From a virus (Duplodnaviria > Caudoviricetes), in IMG/VR virus record IMGVR_UViG_3300049324_000034, positions 57,539 to 121,538 of that record: a stretch of DNA of 64,000 nucleotides; one strand, given 5' to 3'. The notes under the pieces are model-generated. The model worked only from the letters and a program-made list of their open reading frames with translations, was not told where the DNA came from and ran no database searches. Every line of letters starts with the position of its first letter. The first letter of the stretch is position 1. A program made the translations under genes and the position numbers. Shown one piece after another: positions 37,042 through 46,137 of this stretch.

Positions 37042-37731
37042 ATGATCGGTATTCCGGAGCGCGTACAGCGTTTCGCTGACCACGTCGTCGAAGTGGTGGG
37101 CATCGAGCCCGCTATCGAGTCCGTCGCCGGCTACTGGCTGATCACGTTGACGGCACCGCGCGTGGTGGCCACCGCGCGGTTCAAGCGATCCAGTGGTCGC
37201 GGGGGCCGGTGGTTCTGGCATGACGGGACGTTGCTCGTCGACGGCGAACCACGCCCGGTGACGAACTCCATGGAAGAGCTTGCGAGGCTGGTTGCTGACC
37301 CTGACGGCCGCGCTGTGGCCCCAGCACCGCTTCCCGCTAGTGAGCCGCCCGGTAAGGCCCCTGCGGCCGTACAGCGCGATTTCTGGGCGATCGCCCGCAA
37401 GCTCGGCACCGACGCGGTGACCGTGGGGCGCGACGGCAAGCGCTGGGTGGTCGCCCTGGAGATGGCCAAACCCAGCGGGGCCACGGCGTCACTGCGGATC
37501 AACTACGCCAACCACGCGCACCGCTGGAACCCTGACCCCTACCACCCGTTCACGCTGATCCTCAACGGTCGCGAGTGCACCTCACAGATCAACAACCTGG
37601 CAGAGGCCATGGCGTTGATGGCCGACCAGTCCGAGCCCGGTGAGCCCGGTACGGGCCCCGCCACCGGGCCGGCGCAGGGCGCGGGGTTCGATTCGGTGGA
37701 TGTCCGGCGGCATTCGGTGATCCGGAACTGA
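37042..37731 (+). CDS. hypothetical protein
   Basis: GGAGG RBS. Confidence 0.75.
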   Translation: MIGIPERVQRFADHVVEVVGIEPAIESVAGYWLITLTAPRVVATARFKRSSGRGGRWFWHDGTLLVDGEPRPVTNSMEELARLVADPDGRAVAPAPLPASEPPGKAPAAVQRDFWAIARKLGTDAVTVGRDGKRWVVALEMAKPSGATASLRINYANHAHRWNPDPYHPFTLILNGRECTSQINNLAEAMALMADQSEPGEPGTGPATGPAQGAGFDSVDVRRHSVIRN

Positions 37732-38009
37732 TGAGTGCCGAGCGGGACGCGCTGGTCAGGCTGGTCGGCCTGACCCACGACGCAACTAGGCACGTCTCCC
37801 ACCGCACCAACGTGGTGCAGCTCTACCGCGACGCCAGCGACGTAGCCGAGCGGCGGTTGCCGGGACCTCTCGGGGTTGCCGTGGCCGCCGTGCTAGCTAC
37901 CGCTGCCGAGCGCCGTCGGCTGTCCGGGATCGGCGGGTCGCTCGGCGCGGATCAGCCGATGATGGCGCTGGCCGTCGCCGTGTTGGAGATCATCCCTGAT
38001 GACCTGTAA
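37731..38009 (+). CDS. hypothetical protein
   Basis: TGATG overlap. Confidence 0.65.
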   Translation: MSAERDALVRLVGLTHDATRHVSHRTNVVQLYRDASDVAERRLPGPLGVAVAAVLATAAERRRLSGIGGSLGADQPMMALAVAVLEIIPDDL

Positions 38010-38033
38010 CGAACCCGGTAGGGTGGGCGATAT
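38006..38033 (+). promoter_or_regulatory. SigD-like ECF promoter, overlapping a TAGGGT -10
   Basis: GTAAC-N17-CGATAT-N7-ATG. Confidence 0.65.
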
Positions 38034-38040
38034 ACCGAGT

Positions 38041-38148
38041 ATGAAGCGCAACGCACTGATCGCAGAGATCACCGCAGCACAGACCGTCTTCGCCTACTCC
38101 CTGATCATTCTGGCAGTGGTTTTGATCGCCGCCGCTGCGCTCGTCTGA
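38041..38148 (+). CDS. 35-aa single-TM peptide, probably leaderless
   Basis: MKRNALIAEITAAQTVFAYSLIILAVVLIAAAALV; no RBS. Confidence 0.6.
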   Translation: MKRNALIAEITAAQTVFAYSLIILAVVLIAAAALV

Positions 38149-38154
38149 ATCGCA

Positions 38155-38177
38155 TGGTAGGCTGACCATCGTTCCGG
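38155..38177 (+). promoter_or_regulatory. extended -10 promoter plus GTTCCGG
   Basis: TGG TAGGCT-N7-GTTCCGG. Confidence 0.8.
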
Positions 38178-38202
38178 TATCCCTGAGTGAGATTGGACCC
38201 CC

Positions 38203-38418
38203 ATGACCGCACCCGAAGTGACCGCCGCACTGGGCACCCGCAAGGCCGTGCGCATCACCTTCAGTCGCAAAACCCTCCTGCACCGCGTGGACCTCGTGGT
38301 CGGCGACGACGTCACCGACACCATCGTTATCACCTCCAACGAAGACCTCGCTGAGGGCTACGCGAAAGGCGCCGCCCGCATCCTCGGCCTCGACATCACC
38401 CGACAGGACGTGCCCTGA
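38203..38418 (+). CDS. hypothetical protein (paralog of next gene)
   Basis: VRITF...ED.A..YA...LGL shared with next gene. Confidence 0.7.
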   Translation: MTAPEVTAALGTRKAVRITFSRKTLLHRVDLVVGDDVTDTIVITSNEDLAEGYAKGAARILGLDITRQDVP

Positions 38419-38795
38419 TGGCCCCCGACAACCAGCGCCCCGCACGCATCCACCGTGCGGGGCGCCCCGGCGTGCCCACGTTCATCGTGACCATGGACGC
38501 GGGCATGACCGCCGACGACATCGCCCGCCGCAAAGAACGCCTCATAGCTCAGATCATGGGCGGCGTGCCCACCTTGATGGGCGCCCCCGCGAGCTTCACT
38601 GCGATCAAAGAGATCGCCCGTGGCCGGCGCACGGTGCGGATCACCTTCGACCACGACATCGCCCGCGCCGATGAGTGCATCGGTGAGCATCCCGTGAATC
38701 GAGTGTGCTCCTGGACAGCCCGCGACTTCGTCGAGGACTTCGCCGGCCTCTACGCGGCAGCTCTGGGCTTGCCGCTGTCAAGGGTGGACGCATGA
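38418..38795 (+). CDS. hypothetical protein
   Basis: TGATG overlap. Confidence 0.7.
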   Translation: MAPDNQRPARIHRAGRPGVPTFIVTMDAGMTADDIARRKERLIAQIMGGVPTLMGAPASFTAIKEIARGRRTVRITFDHDIARADECIGEHPVNRVCSWTARDFVEDFAGLYAAALGLPLSRVDA

Positions 38796-39352
38796 ACGCC
38801 GACGGATCCATGAACGCACCCGACGGACCGCACGTCCGGGTGTCCTGGGCACCGGGCACCCTGGAATGGCGCGCGCACCTCATGACCCCGAACGTTGACC
38901 CGCCGGACGTGTGGCTGTGCTCGTCACCGCGCAAAGCCGATGTGCTGGCCAACGCGGCGGGCACCGCCGAACTGCGGGGCATCCCCGTCTACGAGGCGCC
39001 CATCCCGTCACCCCCAGCCGACAATGCGGAGCTGTCCGAGCATGACGTCGCTGTGGTCGTGTTCGCCAGAGTGCGGGCGGTCGACTACGGCGACGCCGCT
39101 GGTATCGCGCAGCGCGCGGTGGCCGCCGCGATCCGGGACGGCATGAAAACCGTCTACGGGAACTATCACGAGCCGTTCGGGGAACTGACCTACCGCAGTC
39201 TGCGACCCAACGCCCGGATCCCCGTGGTCGTCGCTGAAGTCCGGGACCTCGATGTGTGCCTCGGTGACTCCAGTGTGCGCATCGTGCCCACGTCGAAGCC
39301 CTACCGGCGCCTTGAGGAGTCCCGCGCCCGCTGGGCGGAGGACCAGTCATGA
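38792..39352 (+). CDS. hypothetical protein
   Basis: ATGA overlap. Confidence 0.7.
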   Translation: MNADGSMNAPDGPHVRVSWAPGTLEWRAHLMTPNVDPPDVWLCSSPRKADVLANAAGTAELRGIPVYEAPIPSPPADNAELSEHDVAVVVFARVRAVDYGDAAGIAQRAVAAAIRDGMKTVYGNYHEPFGELTYRSLRPNARIPVVVAEVRDLDVCLGDSSVRIVPTSKPYRRLEESRARWAEDQS

Positions 39353-39600
39353 ACTGGTGGGCTCTCGCAGCGTTCTACCTCGGTGTCGGGCTCGCGGTCG
39401 CCTGTAAGGACTGGGCGGAGTGGGCGCCGCGTGAGCCGAGCTTCTATGCGTGGCCCCGCGCCCGCGTGATCCTGTTCGCGGTCATGTTTTTCGCCATGAC
39501 GGTGCTCGGTTGGCCGGTGGACGTCGCTGACTGGGTTCTCGGTGTGTGGCGTCGCCGGTACCCCAAGCCTGTGACGGGGCGACGGGGGCCGGGCTCGTGA
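39349..39600 (+). CDS. membrane protein
   Basis: Two TM segments; GGAGG RBS. Confidence 0.7.
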   Translation: MNWWALAAFYLGVGLAVACKDWAEWAPREPSFYAWPRARVILFAVMFFAMTVLGWPVDVADWVLGVWRRRYPKPVTGRRGPGS

Positions 39601-39803
39601 GCCGGGACCGGTCGGCTTGGGTGCTGCTTGCCGCGATCGCCGTGGTGTACGCGACGGTCATCGGTTTGGCGGTCGTCTTGCCGGTGTGGCCGTGGCCGTG
39701 GCTGGTCGTTCGCCTGGTGCTGATCTACGGCGGCTACGAGTTCTCCAAGCGCGCGGCCCGCTGGTACCTCCACGCTGGCCGGCTACCCCGGTGGTGGTCG
39801 TGA
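39597..39803 (+). CDS. membrane protein
   Basis: Two TM segments; GTGA overlap. Confidence 0.65.
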   Translation: MSRDRSAWVLLAAIAVVYATVIGLAVVLPVWPWPWLVVRLVLIYGGYEFSKRAARWYLHAGRLPRWWS

Positions 39804-40129
39804 CCAGCTCGTGCGCGTGCCAGCGCCAGTGCTGCCACTGCGGTCAGGCAGTTACGGTCGTGCCCCGGCGGGCAACCTGGGAGCGGTACGTGGCCCTGTG
39901 GGTGTCCGCCACGTTCATCGGCGTCAACGTCGCGGTCGCCTACACGCTGCCCGAGTCGTGGGGCGCATGGCGCTGGTTGCCCACCCTGTTCGCCTGGGGG
40001 GCGGTGACGCTCGGCCCCGTTTGGGCCTACCGCTATCGGGTGCGTCGTCGGGCGTCGAAGTCAGCGGCAGCGATCGCCGCCTACCGGAACATCAGGCCAT
40101 CGGATCCGAGTGAGGTGCGTCGTGGGTGA
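39800..40129 (+). CDS. membrane protein with N-terminal Cys cluster
   Basis: CACQRQCCHCG followed by two TM segments. Confidence 0.65.
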   Translation: MTSSCACQRQCCHCGQAVTVVPRRATWERYVALWVSATFIGVNVAVAYTLPESWGAWRWLPTLFAWGAVTLGPVWAYRYRVRRRASKSAAAIAAYRNIRPSDPSEVRRG

Positions 40130-40451
40130 CATTCCGAGCGTGCCCGAGCTGGAGGCCCGCCGCGAGGCTGCCAACGCGGCAGCTATGGACGCCGCCGTTT
40201 TCGATACGCGCTGGTACGCCGCGATGCGCGACTACCACCGGGCGGAGCAGGAGATCGACTCCGCCCGGTGGCGCCTGGCGTGTGCGTCGTGGCAGTGGAT
40301 CCAGGGTCTTGAAATGCTGATGGGTGCTCGCGATGACGCTTACCGGTGGATGGTTGTTACGGGTGTCGCTCGGTTGCGGTGGATCCGGCGCAGCAGTGAG
40401 CTAATGGACTACCTACCGCCCAGTAAAGAGCTGGCGGTGCGCCGTGACTGA
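40122..40451 (+). CDS. hypothetical protein (paralog of next gene)
   Basis: RWYAAMRDYHRAEQEIDSARW. Confidence 0.7.
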   Translation: MGDIPSVPELEARREAANAAAMDAAVFDTRWYAAMRDYHRAEQEIDSARWRLACASWQWIQGLEMLMGARDDAYRWMVVTGVARLRWIRRSSELMDYLPPSKELAVRRD

Positions 40452-40752
40452 TTTCAGTGGTCCTTCGGAGCTGCGGTCACGCCACGACGCGACCATTGTG
40501 GCGTTCCTGGATGCTTTCGCGCTCGGTTCACGCTGGTATTCGGCGATGCGCGACTACCAGCGCGCGGAGGAAGCCCTGGACAGTGCCCGCTGGTATTCGG
40601 CGTGCGAGTCCTACCAGTGGTGCCGGCGCGACCTGGTGGTGGAGTGGTCGATCCTCGTGCAGTGGCGGGCCCTGCGGTTCGCCTACGGGTGCTCGTACCA
40701 CTCACCGGGGCGCGAGCTGGTGCTACGGCGCGAGAACGGGGCGAGCCGGTGA
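40444..40752 (+). CDS. hypothetical protein
   Basis: RWYSAMRDYQRAEEALDSARW. Confidence 0.7.
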   Translation: MTDFSGPSELRSRHDATIVAFLDAFALGSRWYSAMRDYQRAEEALDSARWYSACESYQWCRRDLVVEWSILVQWRALRFAYGCSYHSPGRELVLRRENGASR

Positions 40753-40841
40753 CGTGGTATCGCATCACGAACGCGATCTACTGGGTGTTGCTGATCGGTG
40801 CACCTGTGTTCTTGGGCCTGTTGATGACGGGGGTTATTTGA
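40749..40841 (+). CDS. 30-aa TM peptide
   Basis: GTGA and TGATG overlaps. Confidence 0.55.
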   Translation: MTWYRITNAIYWVLLIGAPVFLGLLMTGVI

Positions 40842-41290
40842 TGACTGGACCTTTGGCTACGAGCAGCGCGGCGGACCGGGCCGCGCTGTGGACAGTGTTC
40901 ATGGCGGTCGCCACGGCCACGGCGATGGTGCTGGAGTGGGTGTGGGGCGCTGGGTGGCGCTGGGAGTTGTCCAGCCTGATCCTGGGCTTGGCGGCCACTG
41001 CACTGCCGATGGTGGCCGCTTCGCTGTGGAAGTCTTACGAGACGTCGCGATCGTCGGTGGACTGGCTGGATATGCCACCGTTCGCGCCGGCAGTGGTGCG
41101 ACCTGGCGCGGTCGATGAGGTACCCGAGCCGAGCGTGGGGCCGTCGTCGGCGGGCTCGGCTGCGCCACCGCAGCCTCCGGTGAACTTCGGCAGCATGGCC
41201 CCGCCGGCCGCGTATTTCGATCCGATGGCAGCGAATCCGGATCTGGTGGATCCGACGGTGCGGTTCCCGAGCACGCGGGGGGGTTCGTGA
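40841..41290 (+). CDS. membrane protein with Pro-rich tail
   Basis: Two TM segments. Confidence 0.65.
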   Translation: MTGPLATSSAADRAALWTVFMAVATATAMVLEWVWGAGWRWELSSLILGLAATALPMVAASLWKSYETSRSSVDWLDMPPFAPAVVRPGAVDEVPEPSVGPSSAGSAAPPQPPVNFGSMAPPAAYFDPMAANPDLVDPTVRFPSTRGGS

Positions 41291-41625
41291 TTCATCAGGC
41301 CCTGCTGGCGCGGGCTAAGCGGGTGCTGGACTCACCGTCGACTGATGACGAGGTGTCTCCGGAGAGGTTGATGGTTCGGGAGCTGGTGGCGGCGATCGAA
41401 GCGGAGACCGCCGGCCCGAATGATGTGATGGTGCGTTTGGGGCCGGCGTCGCTGCCGGCGGTGCTGTACGCGTCGACCCATGGTGGCGTCGTCAACGTGT
41501 CGCATGAGGATGCGGCGGGTTCGGAGTGGCTGGGGCAGCATCTGAATCGTTTGCAGGCGCGGATCGCGGTGGTGGTGTTGGAGTACACGGTCGAAGTGTT
41601 GCGCGCCGTGCACAACATCGACTAG
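41287..41625 (+). CDS. hypothetical protein
   Basis: GTGA overlap. Confidence 0.65.
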   Translation: MIHQALLARAKRVLDSPSTDDEVSPERLMVRELVAAIEAETAGPNDVMVRLGPASLPAVLYASTHGGVVNVSHEDAAGSEWLGQHLNRLQARIAVVVLEYTVEVLRAVHNID

Positions 41626-41630
41626 TGGTG

Positions 41631-41653
41631 TGGTAGGCTCGGTCACGTTCCGA
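41631..41653 (+). promoter_or_regulatory. extended -10 promoter plus GTTCCG
   Basis: TGG TAGGCT-N7-GTTCCGA. Confidence 0.75.
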
Positions 41654-41674
41654 CCGACCGCTAGGGAGACACCA

Positions 41675-41992
41675 ATGCTCGAACCACGCATGGCCGCCAT
41701 CCTGGGCCAGCTCGAAGACCTCGCCCAATACCTCGACCGCACCGACGACGACGGCGCTCCCCGCTTGCGGGCCATCATCGCCGACCGCTTCGACTGCGGT
41801 GTCGAAGTCTCTTGGACCGACACCACCCACGGCCACGTACGCACCGGCATGTACCTCGACGCCATCGTCGACGATGACGACATCCTCGCCCGCGTTGTCC
41901 CCACTGAGCGGCTCGCCGGAGACGGCACCCTGGGCGCTCTGCTCATTCCTCGCGAAGACCTGCGCTACTCCCAGGCGGTGGCTCATGGCTGA
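41675..41992 (+). CDS. hypothetical protein
   Basis: AGGGAG RBS. Confidence 0.7.
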   Translation: MLEPRMAAILGQLEDLAQYLDRTDDDGAPRLRAIIADRFDCGVEVSWTDTTHGHVRTGMYLDAIVDDDDILARVVPTERLAGDGTLGALLIPREDLRYSQAVAHG

Positions 41993-42428
41993 GACGCCCG
42001 ACCTGACCGGCATGACTTTCCAGGGTTACCTGTTCGCCTACTACCGAGCGCTGGTCGCCGCCTTCGGCGAGCCGGCGGTCACTGACGGCAAAACCGAAGC
42101 CCGCTGGGCTATCAACACTCCTCACGGGCCGGTCATCATCTACAACCGCAGCGACCTGCCCGCCACGGAAGCGATCTCCTGGGCCCTCGACGCACGCAAC
42201 CTCAGCCCCGGCATCTGGGCCAACAACCAGCTCCCCGACGCCTACGGCCCCGATGGGCCCTATGGGTCGAAAGAGGACAAGCTGCGCGAGGCACTGCTGG
42301 AGCTGGCCGGGGCGTTTGAGCGCGACGCCCGCAATGCCCGCTGTGGCGTCGGCTACTCCGATGGGATCGCCGATGCTTACACCGCTGCCGCGTCCCGGCT
42401 GCGTACCACCCTGGGGGCCATCTCGTGA
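41985..42428 (+). CDS. hypothetical protein
   Basis: Overlapping ORF chain. Confidence 0.7.
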   Translation: MAETPDLTGMTFQGYLFAYYRALVAAFGEPAVTDGKTEARWAINTPHGPVIIYNRSDLPATEAISWALDARNLSPGIWANNQLPDAYGPDGPYGSKEDKLREALLELAGAFERDARNARCGVGYSDGIADAYTAAASRLRTTLGAIS

Positions 42429-42715
42429 CCGGCCTGCCCACCACAGAGCAGTGGCAGAAGATGCTCACCGATCATGTTGACGACATGACCGAAGTGATCA
42501 ACATGGTGGAGTCGCAGCGCGCCCTGATCAAGGACTATCAGCGCCAGGTCACTCGCGCGGAAAGCCTCCTAGCCGAGTCCCACGCTCGCGAACGCAGTCT
42601 CGGCATGAAGCTGCGCATGCTCGCCTCCCGCTGGTCACGTCAGCCCGAAGGCTCCACCATCACCCACGAAGTCGCCGGGGCAGCACTGTCAGCGGTCCTC
42701 GACGGTGAGTCGTGA
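42425..42715 (+). CDS. coiled-coil hypothetical protein
   Basis: GTGA overlap. Confidence 0.7.
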   Translation: MTGLPTTEQWQKMLTDHVDDMTEVINMVESQRALIKDYQRQVTRAESLLAESHARERSLGMKLRMLASRWSRQPEGSTITHEVAGAALSAVLDGES

Positions 42716-42930
42716 TCGGCCTCTCGGAGTCGCGGCGCCGCGAACGCGAGCAAGAGCTTCGCCGGGCGCACCGCTACGTGGTGGCCGCGTCACTACTGGG
42801 CGCCCTGACCGTGATCACCCCCATCGCGCTGTCCCCGGTGTGGGCGGCGATCGCCGACGGGTTCATCACGGTGGTCGTGCTGTTCTGCGCCTTCCAGGCC
42901 GGCGTCATCATCGGGGAGGTTTTCAAGTGA
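42712..42930 (+). CDS. membrane protein
   Basis: Two TM segments. Confidence 0.65.
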   Translation: MIGLSESRRREREQELRRAHRYVVAASLLGALTVITPIALSPVWAAIADGFITVVVLFCAFQAGVIIGEVFK

Positions 42931-43286
42931 GCCGCTACATGGATGCCGGCGGTCGCGACCTCGTCCTGTGCGCCCGCGATGGGGGCGGCTACTGGGTGCG
43001 CCGCGCCGATAACCGCCGCACCCTGGGCGTGGTCGTGAAGGTGAAGTCCCAGTGGAACTGGGAGACCACCTCCAACGCGTTCCGGGGCGATGGGCGCCCA
43101 GGCCGTGAGCGTGACGGCGCTGCCGTTGACCGCGTCCCTGAGGCACTGACCGGCCGTGGCCGGGCGCGCATTCAGGCCGATGCGTGCGCGTGCCTCGTCG
43201 AATACCTCGACGCCCGCCGGGCGCCGGTCCTGGGATACGCGCCGCACCCTGATGTTTCGGTGGCGCAGGAAGTGGGTTGCTCGTGA
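42927..43286 (+). CDS. hypothetical protein
   Basis: GGAGG RBS; GTGA overlap. Confidence 0.65.
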   Translation: MSRYMDAGGRDLVLCARDGGGYWVRRADNRRTLGVVVKVKSQWNWETTSNAFRGDGRPGRERDGAAVDRVPEALTGRGRARIQADACACLVEYLDARRAPVLGYAPHPDVSVAQEVGCS

Positions 43287-43657
43287 AGGACACTCGCGGT
43301 GGTGCCTGGGGCATCTTCGCTGTTGTGGTCGTGCTCGGCACGCTCGGTTCGATCTATTCCAAGACCGGTGGGGTGGGCAGCTTCATGCTCGGTGACGCGC
43401 CCTCATGGTTGCTCTACTGGGCCGGCGGGGCTGTCGCCGTCGTTTACGCCGCCTGGGCGGTCGTGGCCGTGATCGGGCACATCCAGAATCCGCGCAATCG
43501 GATGGTGTGGGCGCCCGGTCCTGACGAGCCCACGAAAGAGGACGTCGCCCGTACCAACGCCTACTGGGAGGCCACCCGGCCCATGGAGCGCGTCGATGTG
43601 CCCGTGGCGCCGCCCATCCCGTTCGCCCGCCCCGCCCGTAAGGATGATGCGGCGTGA
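43283..43657 (+). CDS. membrane protein
   Basis: Two TM segments. Confidence 0.65.
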   Translation: MKDTRGGAWGIFAVVVVLGTLGSIYSKTGGVGSFMLGDAPSWLLYWAGGAVAVVYAAWAVVAVIGHIQNPRNRMVWAPGPDEPTKEDVARTNAYWEATRPMERVDVPVAPPIPFARPARKDDAA

Positions 43658-43932
43658 TCGCTTTCCTGATGCTGATCGTGCTCGGTGGGCTGTTCGTCTA
43701 TTGGGCGCACCAGTTCTACAAGCTGGCCCGCTTCGGTGCGGTCGCTCCGGAGTTGATGCGCCGTGATCGTGGCGATGACCTGTTCGCCGCTGCCGGCATG
43801 GTCGTGCTCGGTTTTGTGGCCGGCTTCTACTACCGGTGGTGGCTGGGTGTGGTGTTCGCCTTCGTGTGCCTGTTGCAGGTCACGTGCGCGGCACTGCGCA
43901 CCTACTACTTGCATCGGACGGTGCCGTTGTGA
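43654..43932 (+). CDS. membrane protein
   Basis: Three TM segments. Confidence 0.65.
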   Translation: MIAFLMLIVLGGLFVYWAHQFYKLARFGAVAPELMRRDRGDDLFAAAGMVVLGFVAGFYYRWWLGVVFAFVCLLQVTCAALRTYYLHRTVPL

Positions 43933-44210
43933 CCTCCGACCTGATCAAGGTGGTGATCATGACGGCTTGTGCCGGGTTCAATGTCAGGGGCTCCTACAAG
44001 CTGTGGCGCGACGGGCTGCACTGTGCCAACTGTGCCCGCATAGGCCGGCCGATTTACGCGGTCCTTCTGGCGGCTGGTTCCGCGATAGCTGCCGCCTCTT
44101 TTGTTAACGGCGACTGGATCGAGGGGACGGCGGCCGGCGTGATCGTTGCCTCGTTCGTCTTCGACCTTGCTTACGTCAACCGTTTCCTAGACAGGCAGGA
44201 GAAGCTGTGA
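43929..44210 (+). CDS. membrane protein
   Basis: GTGA overlap; hydrophobic. Confidence 0.6.
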   Translation: MTSDLIKVVIMTACAGFNVRGSYKLWRDGLHCANCARIGRPIYAVLLAAGSAIAAASFVNGDWIEGTAAGVIVASFVFDLAYVNRFLDRQEKL

Positions 44211-44428
44211 GCAGTCCGCAGCGGTGGACCGATCCGGTCACGATCAGTGAGAACGGTGATCGGATGGTGGTGGAGACCACGTATGACAACGGCGACCGCT
44301 GCCAGATGATCTTCGTGCGCTTCGGTACCACCTGGCTGATCACTCTGTGCCATCCGGGCATGCCGGCCATCGTGCTGCCGGCCGAGCACGCCACCGCGCT
44401 GGCCTACGGACTGCGTCGGGGGGCCTGA
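44207..44428 (+). CDS. hypothetical protein
   Basis: AGGAG RBS. Confidence 0.65.
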   Translation: MSSPQRWTDPVTISENGDRMVVETTYDNGDRCQMIFVRFGTTWLITLCHPGMPAIVLPAEHATALAYGLRRGA

Positions 44429-45175
44429 ATGACCGCCTGCCTATTCGTCGATTTTGAGTGCACCAGCCTCGACTCCTACGCCACCTACCTAGAGGTCGCC
44501 TGGGCGATGTGCGACATCAACGGCACCCAACGCACCCCGTTGCGGTCGCGGTACTGCGCGTTCGCCGCACCCGGTGTCACCCTGATGCTGCCCCAGGCGC
44601 GTTCGGCCACCACAGCGCCCGTGTGGACGGCCAGCGCAGTCAACGACACCGATCAGGTGGCCCTGGACATGGCCGTCGAGTCGGGCCTGTTCGACGACTG
44701 GCTGGCGTGTCCCCGCGAGCTGGTTCTCACCGATGGCACGGAGCTTCAGCGGCTCCTGCTCGACGACGTGATCTCACACAGCCTGCCCGACGAGTACGTG
44801 CACATCGCCGGGGCCGGCGCGGCGCGCTTCGACTACCGCGTCTTGGAGGTGCACTGCCCTGGGGTGCTGCCAGTGAAAGGCGCGCGGCAGCCGACGCACT
44901 ACCGGCCGGTGGACACTTCGATCGCCCAGACTGCGCTGTTGGGCAACAACAGCGAAGACAAAATGATCAAGTGGGCGATCGCGACCTACGCCGACGGTAT
45001 TGACACCATCGAAACCGGCCGCCCCCCGGCGTGCATGTACCTCGGTGACGTCACCGACTGGTCCGTCTTCCGCCACCGCGCTGCCCCCGACGTGGCCCGC
45101 TCCATTGTCATCCAGCGGGCCCTGTGGCGTTACGCCGAACCGTTGCGCCTCGAACTGGGCCTGGGGGTCTCGTGA
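44429..45175 (+). CDS. oligoribonuclease-like DEDDh 3'-5' exonuclease
   Basis: FVDFECTSLD, IAGAGAARFD, HYRPVDTS, HRAAPDV. Confidence 0.75.
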   Translation: MTACLFVDFECTSLDSYATYLEVAWAMCDINGTQRTPLRSRYCAFAAPGVTLMLPQARSATTAPVWTASAVNDTDQVALDMAVESGLFDDWLACPRELVLTDGTELQRLLLDDVISHSLPDEYVHIAGAGAARFDYRVLEVHCPGVLPVKGARQPTHYRPVDTSIAQTALLGNNSEDKMIKWAIATYADGIDTIETGRPPACMYLGDVTDWSVFRHRAAPDVARSIVIQRALWRYAEPLRLELGLGVS

Positions 45176-45342
45176 CTATCACTCTGTTGGCTGGAATCGG
45201 CGCCCTGCTCGCCCTCGTGCTACTGGCGGTGCTGGCCATCATCAGTCAGGTCAGCACGAACGAGACGCCCGAGTTCGTCTACCTCGTGGGCCTCGCCCTG
45301 GCAGTGGCGGCCTGGATCATGCTCAGCAAAGCGGGCTTTTGA
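45172..45342 (+). CDS. small membrane protein
   Basis: Two TM segments. Confidence 0.6.
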   Translation: MTITLLAGIGALLALVLLAVLAIISQVSTNETPEFVYLVGLALAVAAWIMLSKAGF

Positions 45343-45615
45343 TTGGCGGACTCGTCGAAGCCACCCGCGAGCGACAAGGAACGCGCGGAGCGCCTGGCCC
45401 TGAACACGCGCCACGGCGGCCTGGTGGTGCTGCGCGGCGGTTACTGGGATGCCAACACGCTGTGGCAGGACCAGTACGACGTGCTGCCGCAGGGGAGCAC
45501 GAAACGCACCGGCTACCCGTCGGGTACCGGCATTTACGCGCGCACTGAGACCTTCGAGGACACCCGCCTGGGCTATGGCCGGGCGCGGGTCTACCAGTGG
45601 ACCCCGAACACCTGA
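45343..45615 (+). CDS. hypothetical protein
   Basis: ORF chain; high GC3. Confidence 0.6.
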   Translation: MADSSKPPASDKERAERLALNTRHGGLVVLRGGYWDANTLWQDQYDVLPQGSTKRTGYPSGTGIYARTETFEDTRLGYGRARVYQWTPNT

Positions 45616-45635
45616 TAGGGTCGGTTGTGTTCCGT
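45613..45635 (+). promoter_or_regulatory. extended -10 promoter plus GTTCCG
   Basis: TGA TAGGGT-N7-GTTCCGT. Confidence 0.7.
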
Positions 45636-45654
45636 CCTCTCGAGAGAAGGCACC

Positions 45655-45981
45655 ATGGCCGACCTGCCCGTTAACGTCGAGGTCACCCAGTACCTCGTAT
45701 CCTGCCTGCCGGAGCATTACGGCGTCCGCCGGCACTTCATGCTCACTGTCGAATACCGGGGCCCGGACTCGTGGGCGGTGTGCTCATTCGGTGGCGTCTA
45801 CAGCGTCGACGGCCAGTGGACTTCTGAGCCGAGTTCGTCAGAGCGCAGCGACAACTGGAAAGTCCGCTACCGCATGCCCCTAGCTCAGGCCCTTGCCCTC
45901 GCCCAGCGGCTGGCGCCGGCCCTGACGTGCAACGGGGTCACCGTGGCCGCTGCCCTGGAGCGCGGGCCGGAGTGGCGGTGA
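45655..45981 (+). CDS. actinophage-type hypothetical protein
   Basis: VEYRGPDSWAV...GQWTSEPSSSER. Confidence 0.7.
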   Translation: MADLPVNVEVTQYLVSCLPEHYGVRRHFMLTVEYRGPDSWAVCSFGGVYSVDGQWTSEPSSSERSDNWKVRYRMPLAQALALAQRLAPALTCNGVTVAAALERGPEWR

Positions 45982-46127
45982 ACCCCAACGCCGGTCAACC
46001 CCTGTTGAATCTTATTGACTGGATCGACGGCACCGTGGCACAGCTGTTGGCCGCCACGCACCTCAACGTCTTGGCCGTGGTCACCCTGCTGGGGTTGATC
46101 TGGCTGGTATCGGCGTGCGTGGGGTGA
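45978..46127 (+). CDS. small membrane protein
   Basis: GTGA overlap. Confidence 0.55.
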   Translation: MNPNAGQPLLNLIDWIDGTVAQLLAATHLNVLAVVTLLGLIWLVSACVG

Positions 46128-46137
46128 GCGTTTACCG

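Noticed and set aside
36184-37221. 345-aa minus-strand ORF across the inverted repeat
   Set aside because: Antisense to two well-supported plus-strand genes and runs through the repeat.
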